DNA of 64,000 nt from an uncultured Planctomycetaceae bacterium (lineage in GTDB: Bacteria; Planctomycetota; Planctomycetia; Planctomycetales; Planctomycetaceae). A program made the translations under genes and the position numbers. Under the pieces are notes generated by a model. It saw only the letters and a program-made list of their open reading frames with translations, was not told the DNA's origin and did not search any database. The stretch is from contig CAWFGE010000023.1 of the NCBI GenBank assembly GCA_963815195.1, positions 352,001-416,000 on the forward strand, in the 5' to 3' direction. Of this stretch, positions 13,624-25,984 are shown in pieces (position 1 is the stretch's first letter; every line of letters begins with the position of its first letter).

Positions 13624-13884
13624 GGTTGCTTCCCGACGTATGCTTTGGGCCATGTGTACGCGGCCCAATTCTTCGAGTCGGCCCAGAAGGAACTGGGCGA
13701 TCTCTCCGCCCAGTTCGTCCGCGGCGAGTTCGCCCCGCTGTTACAGTGGCTCAAGAAAAACATCCACCGCCGAGGCCGGCAATCCCCGCCCACCGAACTG
13801 GTCCGCATCGTCACCGGCGAACCCCTGTCGCACAAACCGCTGATGACCCACCTGCACGGGAAGTATCATGCGTTGTATAATCTT
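13624..13884 (+). pseudogene. 3' fragment of an M32 (Taq-type) carboxypeptidase
   Basis: GCFPTYALGHVYAAQFF...GEFAPLLQWLKKNIH...TGEPLS..LHGKY matches the M32 C-terminus; no catalytic N-terminal part upstream. Confidence 0.8.
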
Positions 13885-13923
13885 TGTATAATCTCATCTC
13901 AGAAGTTAAATTGGGGCAATCCG

Positions 13924-13955
13924 GATTAAGATTAAGCGTACGATTAAGATTAAGA
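13924..13955. repeat. GATTAA hexamer repeat tract
   Basis: GATTAAGATTAAGCGTACGATTAAGATTAAGA, with a degenerate complementary arm (TAATCT...TAATCTCATCTC) at ~13878-13900. Confidence 0.6.
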
Positions 13956-13980
13956 ATTGATGCAGGGCAGATAGGTTTTG

Positions 13981-14567
13981 ATGTCTGAAGACGCGACAAC
14001 AACCAAAACAACCGGCACGCGGCGCGGGTTTTGGCTGGCGCTGTTGGGCGTGTCGGCGGCGGTGGTGCTGTTGACGGTTTGGCTCAAAAATTCCATCCCG
14101 CAACCGCACGGCGGTTTGCCCGCGGGGCAGAGTGCGCCATCACTTCAAGCGGCCGGTTGGGTGGGCGGCGAAGTTCCGTCGGCTTTGCCCGAGCCGGGGA
14201 CGGTTCGGCTGGTGCATGCGTGGTTTACGACCTGCCCGGCGTGCTACCGCGAGGCTCCGGAGTTGGTCAAGCTGCACGCCAAGTATGCGCCGCAGGGCGT
14301 GGAGTTTGTGGGGCTGACGTTCGAGCCGACCCAGCGACTGCCCGAGGTGAAAGAGTTCCTCCGCCGCACGGGAATCACTTGGCTCAACGGCTACGGAGCC
14401 GCGGAAACGCTCGATCGATTTGTGCCGAGTATTTCCCGTCTGCGTGGATCATCGATCCCGACGGCCAGATCCTCTGGAGCGTCGAATCGCCGATTCCCTT
14501 GAAAGAGGCGCTTGCTCTCGCGCTCGCGGGCGAACTCAAGCCGCCGGAAGACACCGCCGAACCTTGA
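13981..14567 (+). CDS. TlpA/ResA-like membrane-anchored thiol-disulfide oxidoreductase; frameshift near 14420
   Basis: N-terminal TM segment; WFTTCPAC CxxC; C-terminus AEYFPSAWIIDPDGQILW in the adjacent frame. Confidence 0.8.
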
Positions 14568-14631
14568 TGCGTTGAGGAACCGCCGCCTGAGCGGGTAAAG
14601 TGAGACGTGAACCAAGGGCCGCTCGAGTTCC

Positions 14632-14699
14632 TGAGCGGAATGGCGCTAGCCACCGGCGGGTCGAACCAGGAAAGCCGGCGGCTAGCGCCGTGCCGCTCA
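14632..14699. repeat. REP doublet TGAGCGGxATGGCGCTAGCC ... GGCTAGCGCCGTGCCGCTCA
   Basis: Inverted pair; near-identical doublet at 37666-37729. Confidence 0.85.
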
Positions 14700-14760
14700 G
14701 GAAGAATGTTCATTATTTTTCGAGTGGTCGTCCTTTCCAAAAAGCCTCAAGGTGATGGTG

Positions 14761-17700
14761 ATGCTCGCGCGCCGGCTGCCGGTTTTTCTCCTGTTGTTTT
14801 TCCTGCCGGGTCTTGGCCGCGCGGCGGATGAGGTCCAGTTCAATCGGGACATTCGGCCGATTCTTTCGGACAACTGCTTTTTCTGCCACGGCCCGGACAA
14901 AGGCCAAAGGCAGGCCGATTTGCGTTTGGACCGCGAGGAACAAGTCTTCGCCGATCGCGAAGGCATTAAAGTCCTCGTGCCGGGAAAGCCGGAAAAGAGC
15001 GAACTCTATCGGCGGATCGTTTCCCAGGATGAAGCGGAGCACATGCCGCCGCGGGATTCCGGCCGCAAGCTGACCGACCGCGAAATCGCGTTGATCCGCC
15101 AATGGATCACCCAAGGCGCGGAGTGGCAACAGCATTGGTCCTTGATCCCGCCGGTCTCGCCGAACCTTCCAAATGTCCAAGGGGCCGGCTGGTGCCGGAA
15201 TCCGATCGACCGATTTATCCTGGCCCGCCTGGAACGCGAGGGTTTAACACCTTCCGCGGAGGCGGCGAAGGCGACGCTGCTTCGGCGGGTGACGCTCGAT
15301 CTCACCGGCTTGCCGCCCACGCCGGCCGAGGTGGAAGCCTTTCTCGCAGACGATCGGCCCAATGCGTATGAGCGGGTGGTGGACCGGCTGTTCGCGTCGC
15401 CGCGGTATGGCGAGCGGATGGCGATGAACTGGCTCGATGCCGCGCGTTATGCCGACACCAGCGGCTATCAAAACGACGGCCCGCGCGAGATGTGGCGCTG
15501 GCGGGATTGGGTGATCGATGCGTTTAATTCCCATAAGCCGTTCGATCAATTTACGATCGAGCAGATCGCGGGCGATTTGCTCCCGAACCCCGCGCTTTCC
15601 CAGCGGATCGCCACCGGCTTCAATCGCAACCACCGCGGCAACGCGGAAGGCGGCATCATCCCCGAAGAGTACGCCTGCGAATACGTCGTGGACCGCGTGG
15701 AGACGACGTTTACGGTCTGGCTGGGGCTGACAATGGGCTGCGCCCGCTGCCACGATCACAAGTTCGACCCCCTGAGCCAAAAAGAATTCTACGAGGCCTA
15801 TGCGTACTTCAACAACATCCCCGAGTTCGGCCGGGCCGTCAAAGAAGGCAACTCCCCGCCTTTGATCAAAGCCCCGACCGAACTTCAGCAACGGCAGTTG
15901 ACCGACCTCGACGAGCAACTTCGGCAAGGTCGGCAAAGACTGAACGACTCAAAAGACAAAATCGCAAAAGCCCAGCGCGAATGGGAAGCGGACTTTCAAA
16001 ACAAATCCATGCATTGGTTTCCCAGCGACAGGTTGCTGGCCCACTATCCGCTGGATGGCGACTTCGCCGAGAAGGTGCGGCCGCCCGTCCCCATCTCGGC
16101 AAATCAGATTCCCCCGTTTGCGGCGGGGCAACTCGACAAGGCAGCCAGATACTCCGGCCGCGGAACGGAGATTATCGATCTCGCGAAGTTCAGTTACTTC
16201 GACAAGTTCTCGTTTTCCTTCTGGATCCAACCCGAAAAGCCCACGGGCACGGTTCTGTCCAAGATGAAAGACACCGCGCGGGCGGAAGGCTACGCGGTGC
16301 AGTTGGACCAGGGCAAGCTGCAAGTCAATCTGGTGAAGCGCTGGCTCGACGATGCCATCCGCGTGGAAACCGCGAAGCCTTTGAAGCTCGACGATTGGCA
16401 ACACGTGGCGGTGACCTATGACGGCTCCCGCGTCGCCCAGGGGATCAAAGTTTACATTAACGGCCAACCGGTGCAGCTGACGGTCAAGCTGGATTTGATC
16501 AACCAATCGTTTGAAACCGACGAGCCGTTTCGCATCGGCGGGGGCGGCGGACCGGGAAGCGGGTTTCATGGCCTCTTGGATGATCTGCGGATTTATGCCG
16601 CTTGCTTGCCCGCCGAAACGGTGGCGATTCTTTCTGTGAAGGAAACCCTCAACGACATCGCCGCCTTGCCCAGCGACAAACGAACGCCCGCGCAGCAGCT
16701 CAAGTTACGGGTTTACTACATGGAGCATGAAGCCGCGGACGATATTCAAAAACTCTGGAACCGCTTGAAGACTCTCCGCAAACAGCGCGCGGCGTTGTGG
16801 GAGCGTATTCCGACCGTGATGGTTATGGAGGAAAACCTCGCGCCGACGGAGACGCACATCTTGAACCGCGGGCAGTACGATCAGCCCGGCGAAGTCGTCG
16901 AGCGAAATGTGCCCGAATGTTTGCCGCCGCTGCCGAATGGGGTTCCCAATAATCGACTCGGGTTTGCTCGGTGGTTGGTTGACCCAAAAAATCCGCTCAC
17001 GTCGCGGGTGGCGGTCAATCGGTTGTGGCAGATGTCGTTCGGCATCGGGCTCGTGAAGACCGCGGAGGATTTCGGCTCGCAAGGCGAACGGCCGTCGCAT
17101 CCCGAACTGCTCGATTGGCTGGCGCTCGAACTCGTCCGGCAAGACTGGGACCTGCGGGCGATTCAGCGTTCGATCGTCACGAGTGCGTCGTATCGGCAGT
17201 CGTCCCAGGTGACAGAACCGCTTTATCAAAGGGATCCGGAAAACCGGCTGCTCGCGCGCGGGCCGAGGTTTCGGATGCCCGCGGGCATGATTCGCGATCA
17301 GGCCTTGGCGGCGAGCGGATTGTTGGCCGAGCGTCTGGGCGGGCCATCGGTGAAGCCCTATCAGCCGGCGGGGTTGTGGACGGAACTCGCCAACGAAAAA
17401 CCCTATCAGCACGACCTGGGCGAGAGCCTTTACCGCCGGAGTCTTTACACGTATTGGAAGCGGACCATCGGCCCGCCGACGCTGTTGGTGTTCGACGCCT
17501 CGACCCGCGAAACCTGCCGGGTCCGCCCCGTCCGCACCAACACGCCCTTGCAAGCTCTGACCACGATGAACGACACGATCTTCGTGGAAGCCGCCCGCAA
17601 ATCCGCCGAGCGGGTGATGACCGAAGCGCGAAGCCAACCGGCGGAGCGGCTGGAGGATCTGTTTCTGCTTTATACCGGCCGCAAGCCCAGTGAAAAGGAA

Positions 17701-17889
17701 TCGGACATCCTCGCGAGCGCTTGGACGCACCACCGCAGGCGGTTCGAGCGGGATCCCAAAGCGGCGGCCGATCTGTTAAGCATCGGCGAATCTCCGCGCA
17801 ATCCCGATTTGGATCCGATCGACACGGCGGCTTACACCATCGTGGCCAATCTGATCATAAACCTGGATGAAGCCGTCACTAGGGAATGA
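14761..17889 (+). CDS. Planctomycete cytochrome c / DUF1549 / LamG / DUF1553 (PSD1) protein
   Basis: FNRDIRPILSDNCFFCHGPD, WLDAARYADT, CARCHDHKFDP, LamG-like WQHVAVTYDG, PSHPELLDWLA, TNTPLQAL; start could be 14752-14761. Confidence 0.92.
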   Translation: MLARRLPVFLLLFFLPGLGRAADEVQFNRDIRPILSDNCFFCHGPDKGQRQADLRLDREEQVFADREGIKVLVPGKPEKSELYRRIVSQDEAEHMPPRDSGRKLTDREIALIRQWITQGAEWQQHWSLIPPVSPNLPNVQGAGWCRNPIDRFILARLEREGLTPSAEAAKATLLRRVTLDLTGLPPTPAEVEAFLADDRPNAYERVVDRLFASPRYGERMAMNWLDAARYADTSGYQNDGPREMWRWRDWVIDAFNSHKPFDQFTIEQIAGDLLPNPALSQRIATGFNRNHRGNAEGGIIPEEYACEYVVDRVETTFTVWLGLTMGCARCHDHKFDPLSQKEFYEAYAYFNNIPEFGRAVKEGNSPPLIKAPTELQQRQLTDLDEQLRQGRQRLNDSKDKIAKAQREWEADFQNKSMHWFPSDRLLAHYPLDGDFAEKVRPPVPISANQIPPFAAGQLDKAARYSGRGTEIIDLAKFSYFDKFSFSFWIQPEKPTGTVLSKMKDTARAEGYAVQLDQGKLQVNLVKRWLDDAIRVETAKPLKLDDWQHVAVTYDGSRVAQGIKVYINGQPVQLTVKLDLINQSFETDEPFRIGGGGGPGSGFHGLLDDLRIYAACLPAETVAILSVKETLNDIAALPSDKRTPAQQLKLRVYYMEHEAADDIQKLWNRLKTLRKQRAALWERIPTVMVMEENLAPTETHILNRGQYDQPGEVVERNVPECLPPLPNGVPNNRLGFARWLVDPKNPLTSRVAVNRLWQMSFGIGLVKTAEDFGSQGERPSHPELLDWLALELVRQDWDLRAIQRSIVTSASYRQSSQVTEPLYQRDPENRLLARGPRFRMPAGMIRDQALAASGLLAERLGGPSVKPYQPAGLWTELANEKPYQHDLGESLYRRSLYTYWKRTIGPPTLLVFDASTRETCRVRPVRTNTPLQALTTMNDTIFVEAARKSAERVMTEARSQPAERLEDLFLLYTGRKPSEKESDILASAWTHHRRRFERDPKAAADLLSIGESPRNPDLDPIDTAAYTIVANLIINLDEAVTRE

Positions 17890-17928
17890 CGGGACGCTCC
17901 TTTGTGCCTTTCGTCCCGGAAGAGTGGA

Positions 17929-18960
17929 TCACTCATTGCCGATTAGCACATCGAAGCGGCCGTTTGCATCGGCGGCGGCGCGGAACATGCCGGGGGTGGT
18001 GTAAACCCAGACGATTTCGCCCGCCCGGTCGATGCCGATGATCCCCCCGTCGCCGGGGCGAAGACGGTTTTTCAAAACGTGCTCGGCGGATTGTTTCAGG
18101 CTCCAGTCTTTGTAGCGCATGAGTTGCGAGATCTCGGCGCAGGCGGCGTGGCGGATGAATTGCTCGCCGATGCCCGACGCCGAGACGCTGCAGGTTTCGT
18201 TGTCGGCGTAGGTGCCGGCACCGAGGATCGGGCTGTCGCCGACACGGCCGAATTTCTTGTTGGTGAGACCGCCGGTCGAAGTGCCCGCGGCGAGGTTGCC
18301 TTTGTCGTCGAGCGCCACACAGCCCACGGTTCCATATTGCCAGGGCCGGGGCGGCGAGAAGCGGCTGTTTTTTTCCTTCTTTTCGATGGACTGCACGCGC
18401 TGCCATTCTTTGCGGCGGGCTTCGGTGGAGAAGCTTTCATTGGGCGCGCGGTCGACTTTTTCTTCGGTGGCAAAGGTCTCCGCGCCTTCGCCGGAGAGAA
18501 GGACATGCCGGGTGTTGTCCATAACTCGGCGGGCGAGGGTGATCGGATTTTTCACGGTGCGAACGCCCGCGACTCCGCCGCCGTCCAGGGTTTTGCCGTC
18601 CATGATGGAAGCGTCCAACTCGTGCCCGCCCGCGGAGTTGAACACCGCGCCTTTGCCCGCGTTAAACAGCGGATTGTCCTCGAGCTTGCGGATCGTGGTT
18701 TCGACGGCGTCGAGACTGCTGCCGCCTTTTTCCAGCACGGCTTTCCCGGCATTCAGGGCTTCTTTCAGGCCGACGCGGTAGGCTTGGAGATCTTCGGGGG
18801 ACGCGTTTTTGGGCGGCCTGCCCGCGCCGCCATGCACGACAAGGGCCCACTTCACGCGGGGCTTGGCTGGGGAAGCCTTTTCGACGTCCGCAGCGCGGAG
18901 TTGCGTGAGATTCAGCAGCAGCATCCCCAGCACGAGTCCGCAATCAAGCAGGCGTTTCAT
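17929..18960 (-). CDS. Isoaspartyl peptidase / L-asparaginase (Ntn-hydrolase), secreted
   Basis: VHGGAG, LEDNPLFNAGKG, GTVGCVA (catalytic Thr), TSTGG, GRVGDSP; signal peptide. Confidence 0.93.
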   Translation of the reverse strand: MKRLLDCGLVLGMLLLNLTQLRAADVEKASPAKPRVKWALVVHGGAGRPPKNASPEDLQAYRVGLKEALNAGKAVLEKGGSSLDAVETTIRKLEDNPLFNAGKGAVFNSAGGHELDASIMDGKTLDGGGVAGVRTVKNPITLARRVMDNTRHVLLSGEGAETFATEEKVDRAPNESFSTEARRKEWQRVQSIEKKEKNSRFSPPRPWQYGTVGCVALDDKGNLAAGTSTGGLTNKKFGRVGDSPILGAGTYADNETCSVSASGIGEQFIRHAACAEISQLMRYKDWSLKQSAEHVLKNRLRPGDGGIIGIDRAGEIVWVYTTPGMFRAAADANGRFDVLIGNE

Positions 18961-19501
18961 CCGCGGTGGTCCTTGTGATGGAGAAATTAGTTTGCCCCGA
19001 CGACCGCTTAAGTCTATCAGGTCCGTTCCCGGGGATCGATGTACCGAAAGGCAGCGTTTCCTTCTCTTTTTCCCGTGTTGCGGAAATCTCCCCGATTTGC
19101 GAACCCCGCCCCATGCCCCGAGGGGTTAAAAACAGTGAGGGCTTGCGGGTCACAGATCGGCCGATTTTGACATGACATGTTTTTTTGTTTCGTGGTCGTT
19201 TTTAGTTGTCACGAGCTGGCGGGCCTGTCAAAATGGCGAAATTGGCGGGACGACGCGTTTGTCCCCCTGTTGTTCCAGTACAGCACGGCTGGAGCTTTTG
19301 AACAGGTGATGTGAATCCAATTCGCATCATTCCGGCCAATTTGCCGATTTCCCCCAAACAACTGACATTGTAGGATTTTCCCGCGTTATCTCGGCGAACT
19401 TCCCAAGCCAACCGGGAATATGGGAAATAATATCATAGCGGAACGTATTCTCACACGTTCTTCGTTCATTGCTTTTCGATCAGGCCTGAGGACTTATACA
19501 C

Positions 19502-22500
19502 ATGCTGCGTAACTGGTTGGCGGAATGGAAACATCTCGGACGCATCTTCGGCACAAAAAATCTTCGCCGTCAAAGACCGCGAACCCGCGGCGCTGCCCGC
19601 CAAGCGGAAATTCTGGAAGATCGGACGCTGCTAAGCATCAGCACGATGTTCGACGCCGGCACCTTGACCGTTAGTCTGGACGCGGCGGACGATGCCGCGT
19701 TCTTGCAGATGGACGGCGGGGCGATCGACGTCGGCAGCAGCGACGGCGGCGAGGACATTCTGGCCAATCAGGCGGGCGTGACCACGATCATCGTGCAGGA
19801 CACCGCCACGGGCGGGGCGGCCGGGCAGTCGGTGACGTTCTCCGTGGGTGATGCCGCGTTCTCGCCGGATGTCACGAGCGTCGGCATCGAGACCGCAAAC
19901 CTCAACCAGGATCTGACCGGCTTCGTCGCCGGCGATGCGACCACGATCAACGTCGCCGCTCCGGGCAGCATTCAAGATGCAATCGACCTCGCCGACGCTG
20001 GAGCGACGATCAACGTCGCGGCGGGGACTTACGTCGAGGATTTGTCGATCGACAAGGCGGACCTCGAGCTCGCCGGGGCGGGCAGCGGCACCACGACGAT
20101 CAAAGGCGTCGCCACCAACTTGCAGACCGCTTTCCCGCTCGCCACGCCGAACATTAACGTCCTCGCCTCCGGCATCCAGATTCATGACTTCACCATCGAA
20201 TCCCCGGGCGTCCCGGCGGGCGAATATTCCAGCGGGATCGTGATCGACAGCCCGAACGTGGAAATCTTCAACAACGCCTTTGTGTCGATTCAAGGCGACA
20301 CCGCGCCGGCCGCGGCCAACGACAGCCTGACCAATGTGATGATCCAAACCTGGGCCGGCAGCAACTCGGGCAAATCGAGCAATGTGGACGGGTTGTCCGT
20401 GCACAACAACACCTTCACCGGCAACGGCAAAGGCTATTACGGAGCGTTCGTGAATCCGCAGGGCGAAACGCCGGGCGCGACCGCCGCCGAGGCCGTGCAG
20501 ATTCAGAACAACCAGTTCAACGGCAACATCTGGCGGGCGATCGAAGTCGAGCGGTCCAACGCGGTGATCGCCGGCAACGCGATCACTCCCGGCGCGGAGA
20601 CGCTGCACGCCTGGGGCGGTTCGGGGATTTCGGTCCGCGACTTCGGCACGGCGACGATCGACAACGTTACGATCTCGGGCAACACGATCACCGGCACCGA
20701 CGGCGCGCTAGGGCAGGGTTTTGCGAACGGGATCCTCTTGGGCTTCAGCGACGAGACGCTGACGAACATCACGCTTTCCGGAAACACGAACACCAACAAC
20801 GCCACCGGCATCAAAGTCAACGCCGATGCCTCGATCGCCCTCAACAACGAAACCGCCACCGCAGTGGGCAACGGGTTTGAGATGAACGCCGCGGGGGACG
20901 TTTCCTTCACCGGCGGCACGTTCTCGGGCATCGTCGCACAAAACGCGACGAGCATCACCACCGACGGCGCGGTCAGTTCCTCCGCCGACATCAATCTGCA
21001 AACCACCGGCGACATCACCGTGCAGACCGGCGGTTTGAGCGGCGCGGCCAATGTGATTCTCTCGCCCGGCGGCACGGCGACATTCGCCGGCGGCACGCTC
21101 TCCAATTACGGCGGCACGACGACCTTGGCCGGCGGCACGACGTTGGTCAACGGAGCCATCGACAACAGCGGCGGCACCGTCACGGTGCAGTCGGGGGCCA
21201 CGCTGGGCGGGACAGGCACTATCAATCGCCCCGTGAGCGTCGAAAGCGGCGGCATGATGGCCCCAGGCACCAGCCCCGGCATTCTCAGCGCGAACAGCAC
21301 CACCTTCGCCGCCGGTTCGAGCTTTGACGTAGAAGTCAACGGCGCGGCCACGGCCGGGACCGATTACGATCAACTCAACATCTCCGGCACGGTGACCATC
21401 GATCCCGCGGCCACGCTCAATCTCTCCGGCACCGTCACCGGCGCAACGGGCGGCGAGGTGCTGACGATCATCAAGAACGACGGCTCGGACCCTGTGAGCG
21501 GAACCTTCGCGGGCCTCGCCAACGGCTCGACGGTCACAATCAACGGGCAGGACTTCCGCCTGTTCTACAACAGCGGCGACGGGAACGACGTCGTCCTCAT
21601 CGCGGCGGCGACTTCGGTCACGACGGTCTACGTCAACGACGACTTCGGCCCGCTCTCGGACGGCACGGTGATTCAAGACGCCGACCCCAACACCTCGGGC
21701 GATCAAACCGCTGTCGTCGGGATCACCGCGTTTGCGACGATCCAGGCCGGCGTCGACGCCGTCCAGGACGATCCCGCGAGCGTGGTCAACATCACCGACG
21801 ACATCAACGGGGCCAACGCCAGCCCGAACGCTTCGATCGTCAACGACGGCCCCGGCACTTACACGGAAAATGTCGTCATCAACAAGAGCGTGACGATCGT
21901 CGCCACCGAGCAGGATCCGGCGGCGGTGATTGTGGACGGAGACCAGGCCGGCAGCGTGTTTTCCATCGCAGCCGACAACACCGTGGTGCTCGATTCGATG
22001 ACGATCCAAAACGGTTTGGCTCAGGCCGGCGGCGGCGTCGACAGTGCCGGCACGCTGACGCTCAACAACGACTTTATTCAGAACAACACGGCCTCGGCGG
22101 ACGGCGGCGGCGTGCACAGCGCCGGCCCCGCGCTGACGATCCAGGGCGGCACGATCATCAGCGCCAACAGTGCGACCGTCAGCGGCGGCGGGTTGTGGAT
22201 CGGCACCGGCACCGCGGGCATCGACGATGCCACCATCGACACCAACACCGCCAGCGGAGACACCACGGGGGAAGGCGGCGGCGGGATCTTTAACGCCGGC
22301 GGCACGCTGACAATCGGGGCCACCGCCAACGTCACGATCACCCAAAACGTCGCCGACGGGGCCAGCGGCACGGGCGGCGGGATCTGGAACGGTTCCGGCG
22401 GCACGCTCACGGTCAGTAGCAGCTCCATCACCGAGAACACCGCAACCAGCGGCGGCGGGATCGAAGACGCCTCCGGCACGGGCCTCGGCGTCACCTTGAC

Positions 22501-25500
22501 CAGCGTCACGCTCGACAGCAACGTCGCCACCACCGGCAGCGGCGGCGGACTGCACATTGCCGACGGCGACGCGAACATCACCGGCGGCACGATCAGCGGC
22601 AACAGCGCCGCGGCGGAAGGCGGCGGGATCTGGAACGGCAGCGGTTCTTTGACTCTCGACGGCGGCACGCTCATCAATAACGACACCGCCAGCGGCATGG
22701 GCGGCGGCGGGATCTTTAACGACAGCGGCACCGTGACCACCTCCTCCACCGTCCGCATCAACACCAACCACGCCGACGGAGCCGACGGATCGGGCGGCGG
22801 CATCTTCAACAACACCGGCGGCACGCTGGCGCTCACGGCCACCACCCTCAGCGGCAATACCGCCAACCGCGCCGGCGGCGGCATCGAAGACAACTCCGGC
22901 ACGGGCGGCGACGTCACCTTGGAAACCGTCACCATCCAGAACAACGTCGCCTCGGGCGACAGCAACGGCCCGGGCAACGGCGGCGGCCTGCACGTGACGG
23001 GCGCGGGCGATGTGACCATCACCGGCGGCACCGTGAACGGGAACAGCGCGGCCTCCGAAGGCGGCGGACTATGGAACGGCACCGGCACGATGACCATCGA
23101 CGGCACCACCATCAACGCCAACACCGCCAGCGGAGACTCCGCAACCGACGGCGGCGGCGGGATCTTCAATAACGGCGGCACGCTGGTCATCGGCGATACG
23201 ACCGCCGTCACCATCTCCGGCAACGTCGCCGGCGGGGCCGCGGCGCGGGCGGCGGGATCTTCAATAGCACCGCCGGCACCGTCACGATCAAAAACGGCAC
23301 AATCAATGGGAACACGGCCGTCAACGGCGGCGGGATCGAAGACGCCTCCGACCAGTCCGGAACCGCCGGCGTCACGCTCACGGGCGTGGCGCTAAACGGC
23401 AACATCGCCTCGGCGAACGGCGGCGGCCTCCACGTCACCGGGGCGGGCGACATCTCCATCACCAACGGCACCGTCAATCTCAACGCCGCGTTTCGGCAAG
23501 GCGGCGGGCTGTGGAACAGCACCGGAACCCTGACCATCACCGGCACCACGCTCAATGCCAATACCGCCAGCGGCACCGCGTCCACCGACGGCGGCGGGGC
23601 GATCTTCAACAACGGCGGCACCCTCGACATCACCGGGGCCACGATCTCTAACAACTTCGCCGACAAAGGCGACGGTGCCGGCGGCGGTATCTTCAACGTG
23701 GCCGGCGGCACATTGACGCTCGACACCAGCGCCCTCACCACTAACCACGCCGACGGCGACGGAGCCGGTCTGCTCAACGACGGCACCGCGACGATCTCCA
23801 ACAGCACGATCGATTTCAACTCCGCCGCCGGTGCGGGCGGAGGGATTTGGAACTCCGGCACGCTCGACCTGACGAACACGACCGTCAGCGGCAACACGGT
23901 GGCGACCGACGGCGGCGGACTGTTCACCGGCACCGGCGACGCCACCATCCAGAACTCGACCATCGCCCGCAACCGCGCCGACGCCAGCGGCGGCGGACTG
24001 GGCACGGGCGGCGGCCTGAATCACGATTCCACCGGCACCGTCACGCTCACGAGCACGCTCGTCGTCACCAACTTCTCCGGCACCGGTTTGACGGACGACG
24101 ACGTGAGCGGCGACGTGACCGGAACGTTCAACCTCGTCGGCGTCGGCACCGGCATGACCGGACTGACCGACGGCACGGACAACAACCAGGTCGGCACAAG
24201 CAGCAGTCCCATCGATCCCAACCTGGGCGCCCTGGAAGACAACGGCGGCCCCACAAAAACCCAGGCCCTGTTGCCGATCAGCCCGGCGATCAATGCAGGC
24301 ACGAGTGCACAAGCTCTGACCACCGACCAGCGCGGCGGCGACTTCGTCCGCAGCTTCGGCGGCGGGACCGACATCGGGGCCTACGAGCTTCAATCCCAGG
24401 CCGGCGACGGCAAGGACATTCTCGTCACCGCTCCGACGTCCGACAGCAGTTCCACGGTCCAGGTCGTCAACGCCTTCACCAATGACCTGCCCCCCCAGCT
24501 TTCGATCGACCCCTACGACGGGGCCACGTTCGCCGGCGGCGTCAACGTCGCGGTCGGCGATGTGAACAAGGATGGGACGCCCAATATCATCACCGGCCCG
24601 GGCCAAGGCGGTGGGCCGCGAATCCGAGTCTTCGACGGCACCGACGGCAGCCTGCTGATGGACTTTTACGCCTTCGACAACCATGACTTCCTCGGCGGCG
24701 TCAACGTCGCCGCGGCCGACTTGGACGGCGACGGCCATGCCGACATCATCGTCGGGGCCGGCGTCACCGGCGGGCCAAACGTCCGCGTCTTCAGCGGGGC
24801 CGATGGCTCGATGACGTTCGACTTCTTCGCCTACGACGCCAGCTTCACCGGCGGCGTTCGCGTGGCCGCGGGCGACATCACCGGCGACGGGACGCCCGAC
24901 ATCATCACCGGAGCCGGCGACGGCGGAACCTCCCATATCCGCGTGTTCGACGGAGCCACCCCGCAGACCGGCGGCGCGGCGGGCACCGACATCAGCTCGG
25001 GATCCAATGGCAATGCCTTGGGGAACTTCTTCGCCTACGCCATGAACTTCGTCGGCGGCGTGTATGTCGCGGCGGGCGATGTCAACGGCGACGGCCAGAT
25101 CGACATCATCACCGGGGCCGGTTCGGGCGGAGGACCCAACGTCCGCGTGTTCGACGGGGCCACCGCCGCTCAGATGGACCAGCCGCTCGGCGACTTTTAC
25201 GCCTACGATCCGAGCTTTTCCGGCGGGGTTCGCGTGGCGGCGAGCGACATCACCGCCGACGGCCGGGCCGACATCATCACCACCCCGGGACCGGGCGGCT
25301 CGCCGAACCTGCGGGCCTTTAACGGCAACAGCGACGGCTCGGTCCTCGCGATCCTCATCCGCGACGCGATTGCCGGCGATTCCGCGAACACCGGCGGCCT
25401 GTCGGTCGCCGGGACGGTCAATCTCGAAAGCACCACCGGCTCATCCCTGCGACTCGCCGACGGCTATGCCCCGACGGGCGATGCACAGCCCGTGAGCCTT

Positions 25501-25950
25501 TCGGATGTCCAACCGGTGTTCGACGCGGCTCTCGCCCGGCTCCAAGCGGCGGGCGTATCCTCCGCTGACATCGCGGCTCTATCGGGCTTGAACCTGCAGG
25601 TCGCCGACCTGCCCGGCGACCAACTGGGCCAAGCCTTGCCGGGGGCGATTGTGCTCGACGTGAACGCGGCGGGCGTCGGCTGGTTTATCGATCCCACGCC
25701 GTCGCTCGACCAAGAGTTCGCGGGACAGGATTTGAACGCCGTCGATCCGAATGCCGCCGGGCGCGTCGATCTGTTGACGGTGCTGTTCCACGAGTTGGCC
25801 CACGAATTGGGCGGCGAGCACACGCCGGCGGGCGATCATCCCGACCTGCTCAACGCCACCCTGATCCCCGGCCAGCGCCGCTTGCCCAGCCCGGAAGATC
25901 TGGACCAGATCTTCGCCAACGACAACCTGCTCGGCGAGGTGTTGAACTAA
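19502..25950 (+). CDS. Giant surface protein/adhesin (~2150 aa): beta-helix, Pmp-like GGGI repeats, FG-GAP repeats, C-terminal HExxH domain; frameshift near 23245
   Basis: N-terminal LEDRTLLS motif; many GGGIFN/GGGLWN repeats; LEDNGGPTKT; GDVNxDG FG-GAP repeats; HELAHELGGEH. ORFs 19502-23395 and 23386-25950 join with one added base. Confidence 0.9.
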
Positions 25951-25984
25951 GCTAAGAAACTGTTTGAGAATCTGAGCCTTTTCC

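Noticed and set aside
18961..19501. Riboswitch or ncRNA in the long leader of the giant adhesin
   Set aside because: No recognisable aptamer consensus by eye; an Rfam/Infernal scan would be needed.
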